Assembly: GCA_951406725.2 (NCBI GenBank)
Contig: OX597831.1
Span: 7,068,001-7,132,000, forward strand
Length of the DNA: 64,000 bases
Origin: Octopus vulgaris
Taxonomy: Eukaryota
Direction: 5' to 3'
Shown here piece by piece: positions 62,206 through 64,000 of this stretch (the first letter of the stretch is position 1; each line of letters begins with the position of its first letter). Both the position numbers and the translations under genes were made by a program. Under the pieces are notes generated by a model that saw nothing but the letters and a program-made list of their open reading frames with translations, searched no databases and was not told the DNA's origin.

Positions 62206-62969
62206 TGATGAAAGGAATGGAAGATAGATTTAGCATCAGTCTTTATTCAGTATGATGATTGTTTCAACTCATCCTGCAACTGTCCCTTAAGGGTAGGATA
62301 TTCTTTTCTCCACTAGGCACAAGGTCCAAAATTTCTTGTGGAGGTGGGGACAGTCAATTAGATTGACCCCATTAAGCAACTGGTACTTAATTTATCGACC
62401 CCGAAAGGATGAAAGGCAAAGTTGATCTCACGGAATTTGAACTCAGAATGTAAAGACAGATGAAATACCTATTTCTTTACTACCCACAAGGGGCTAAACA
62501 CAGAGAGGACAAACAAGGACAGACAAACGGATTAAGTCGATTATATCAACCCCAGTGCGTAACTGGTACTTATTTAATTGACCCTGAAAAGATGATAGGC
62601 AAAGTCGACCTCAGCGGAATTTGAACTCAGAACGTAGCAGCAGGCGAAATACCGTTAAGCATTTCACCCAGCATGCTAACATTTCTGCCAGTTCACCACC
62701 TTAAGGGTAGGATATTGTGCATCTGTGTTGCATCAATCTGTGCAGTTTGTATCACATCAGGTTCATGCAAAAAGAAGGGGATGTCATGCTAGATATACTG
62801 AGTTGTCCTTGGAATGTTGTATTTTGGTTACAACTGGCTAACAATTGCACAACGCAACGCAATTAGATGCACAATATCCTACCCATAATGGACAGTTGCA
62901 GAATAGGTCAAAATGGTCGTCGTACTGAACAAAGACTCGTGCTAAATCTATCTTCTGTTTCCTTCATCA
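62206..62969. mobile_element. Foldback MITE whose left arm is interrupted by SINE A
   Basis: GAAGATAGATTTAGCA...CTGCAACTGTCC.TTA.GGGTAGGATATTGTGCATCT recurs as its reverse complement at 62866-62969. Confidence 0.8.
62303..62700 (-). mobile_element. SINE family A dimer with 16-bp TSD
   Basis: TTAAGGGTAGGATATT at 62287-62302 and 62701-62716. Confidence 0.85.
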
Positions 62970-64000
62970 ATTATTTTCTCAACTAACACTGTGAAATCCC
63001 TGACGTAGATCCAAAGGAACTATATCACAACCATAGATGACACCAGGCAGCCCAAACTGTGGATGTGCTTTACTCAACACACTAATTGACATATACTCGT
63101 TAGTCCAAAAAATTATGTATGTATGTCTGTTTAAATTAATATGTGTGTGCGTGTTTGTATTTATCCCCCACTACTGTTTGACAGCTAGTGTTGGTTTGTT
63201 TAAGCCCTCCTAACTTAGCAGTTTGGCAAAAGAGACCGATAGAATAAGTACCAGACTTAAAGAAAAAATGAATGCTGGGGCTGATTTGTTTGACCGAACT
63301 CTTTAAGGTGGTGCCCCAGCATGGCCACAACCCAATGACTGAAACAAGTAAAAGATAACTATCCAAACTGTGGGCAATTTTAGTAACTAATTACAAGGAA
63401 TATTTGTTTGAAGGAGCTGATTGAATTTTATGAAGCATAAAAGAGCTTAAAACTTAGAGAAAGGTTAAAATTTGAATTAGGAAAACAAAAGAAAAAAAAA
63501 GAGTAGATGAAGAGAAGAAGAAGCTATTGGTAGTGTTACTGGTAACTTGTTAATACTTCTAAAAAGGAGTGTGCAGAATTCCAATACTTTACACATTTTG
63601 CTATGAATGACTGCTCAGAAATATGCAGTATTATTCTGGCAAGCTGACAAATAACTTGTACATTAGGTGGCTCTGACAATAGATCATGTATGGGATGGAC
63701 ATGGGATGTGAAAGGAGAAGCTGTATAAATGAAATAGTAAATTACCTGCAAGCTATAACCAACCAAGAGATGAAACAAGAGCAGCAGAATCCATTATTGT
63801 TACAAGTAATTCAGAAATGCTGACAGCTACTTACAAGAAAGAATTTATCACTAGGTGTGGGTGTGGGTGTGGGTGTTTTTTTCTTTTTCTACTGTCTTAC
63901 TTCTATTTTTCTAAGGGTTAAGATCACTTCTGCAAAGACAGACATTTATATATAGTGCGAACAAGTATTTGTTATAGACGGATGACTTTCTTACTGCTAA

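Larger units (their letters stand above)
62060..63357 (+). mobile_element. SINE family B split by an insertion of about 940 bp at its internal (TA)n
   Basis: 5' half 62060-62198 and 3' half 63140-63357 align consecutively to 31351-31727. Confidence 0.75.

Overview
AT-rich eukaryotic, repeat-dense DNA. The SINE families, (GAT)n-tailed retroposon tails, microsatellites and MITEs match my recollection of coleoid cephalopod (Octopus-like) genomes; this taxonomic call is inference. No complete protein-coding gene, rRNA, tRNA gene or CRISPR array is evident, and most ORFs in the supplied track are repeat artefacts. The window looks like long-intron or intergenic sequence. It holds about 15 (GAT)n-tailed RTE-LINE 3'-end copies with expandable hairpin-forming tandem arrays, three tRNA-derived SINE families, decayed LINE fragments (RTE, CR1, L2/Jockey-like, R4/Dong-like), an internally deleted Helitron, piggyBac-like and Tc1/mariner-like MITEs, and four long foldback/inverted structures. 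Several short segments with good splice signals on the minus strand (19, 15, 108, 19, 23 and 63 nt) and a signal-peptide-like small ORF suggest an unidentified, microexon-containing gene transcribed right to left. That model is unconfirmed. Coordinates of decayed repeats are approximate.
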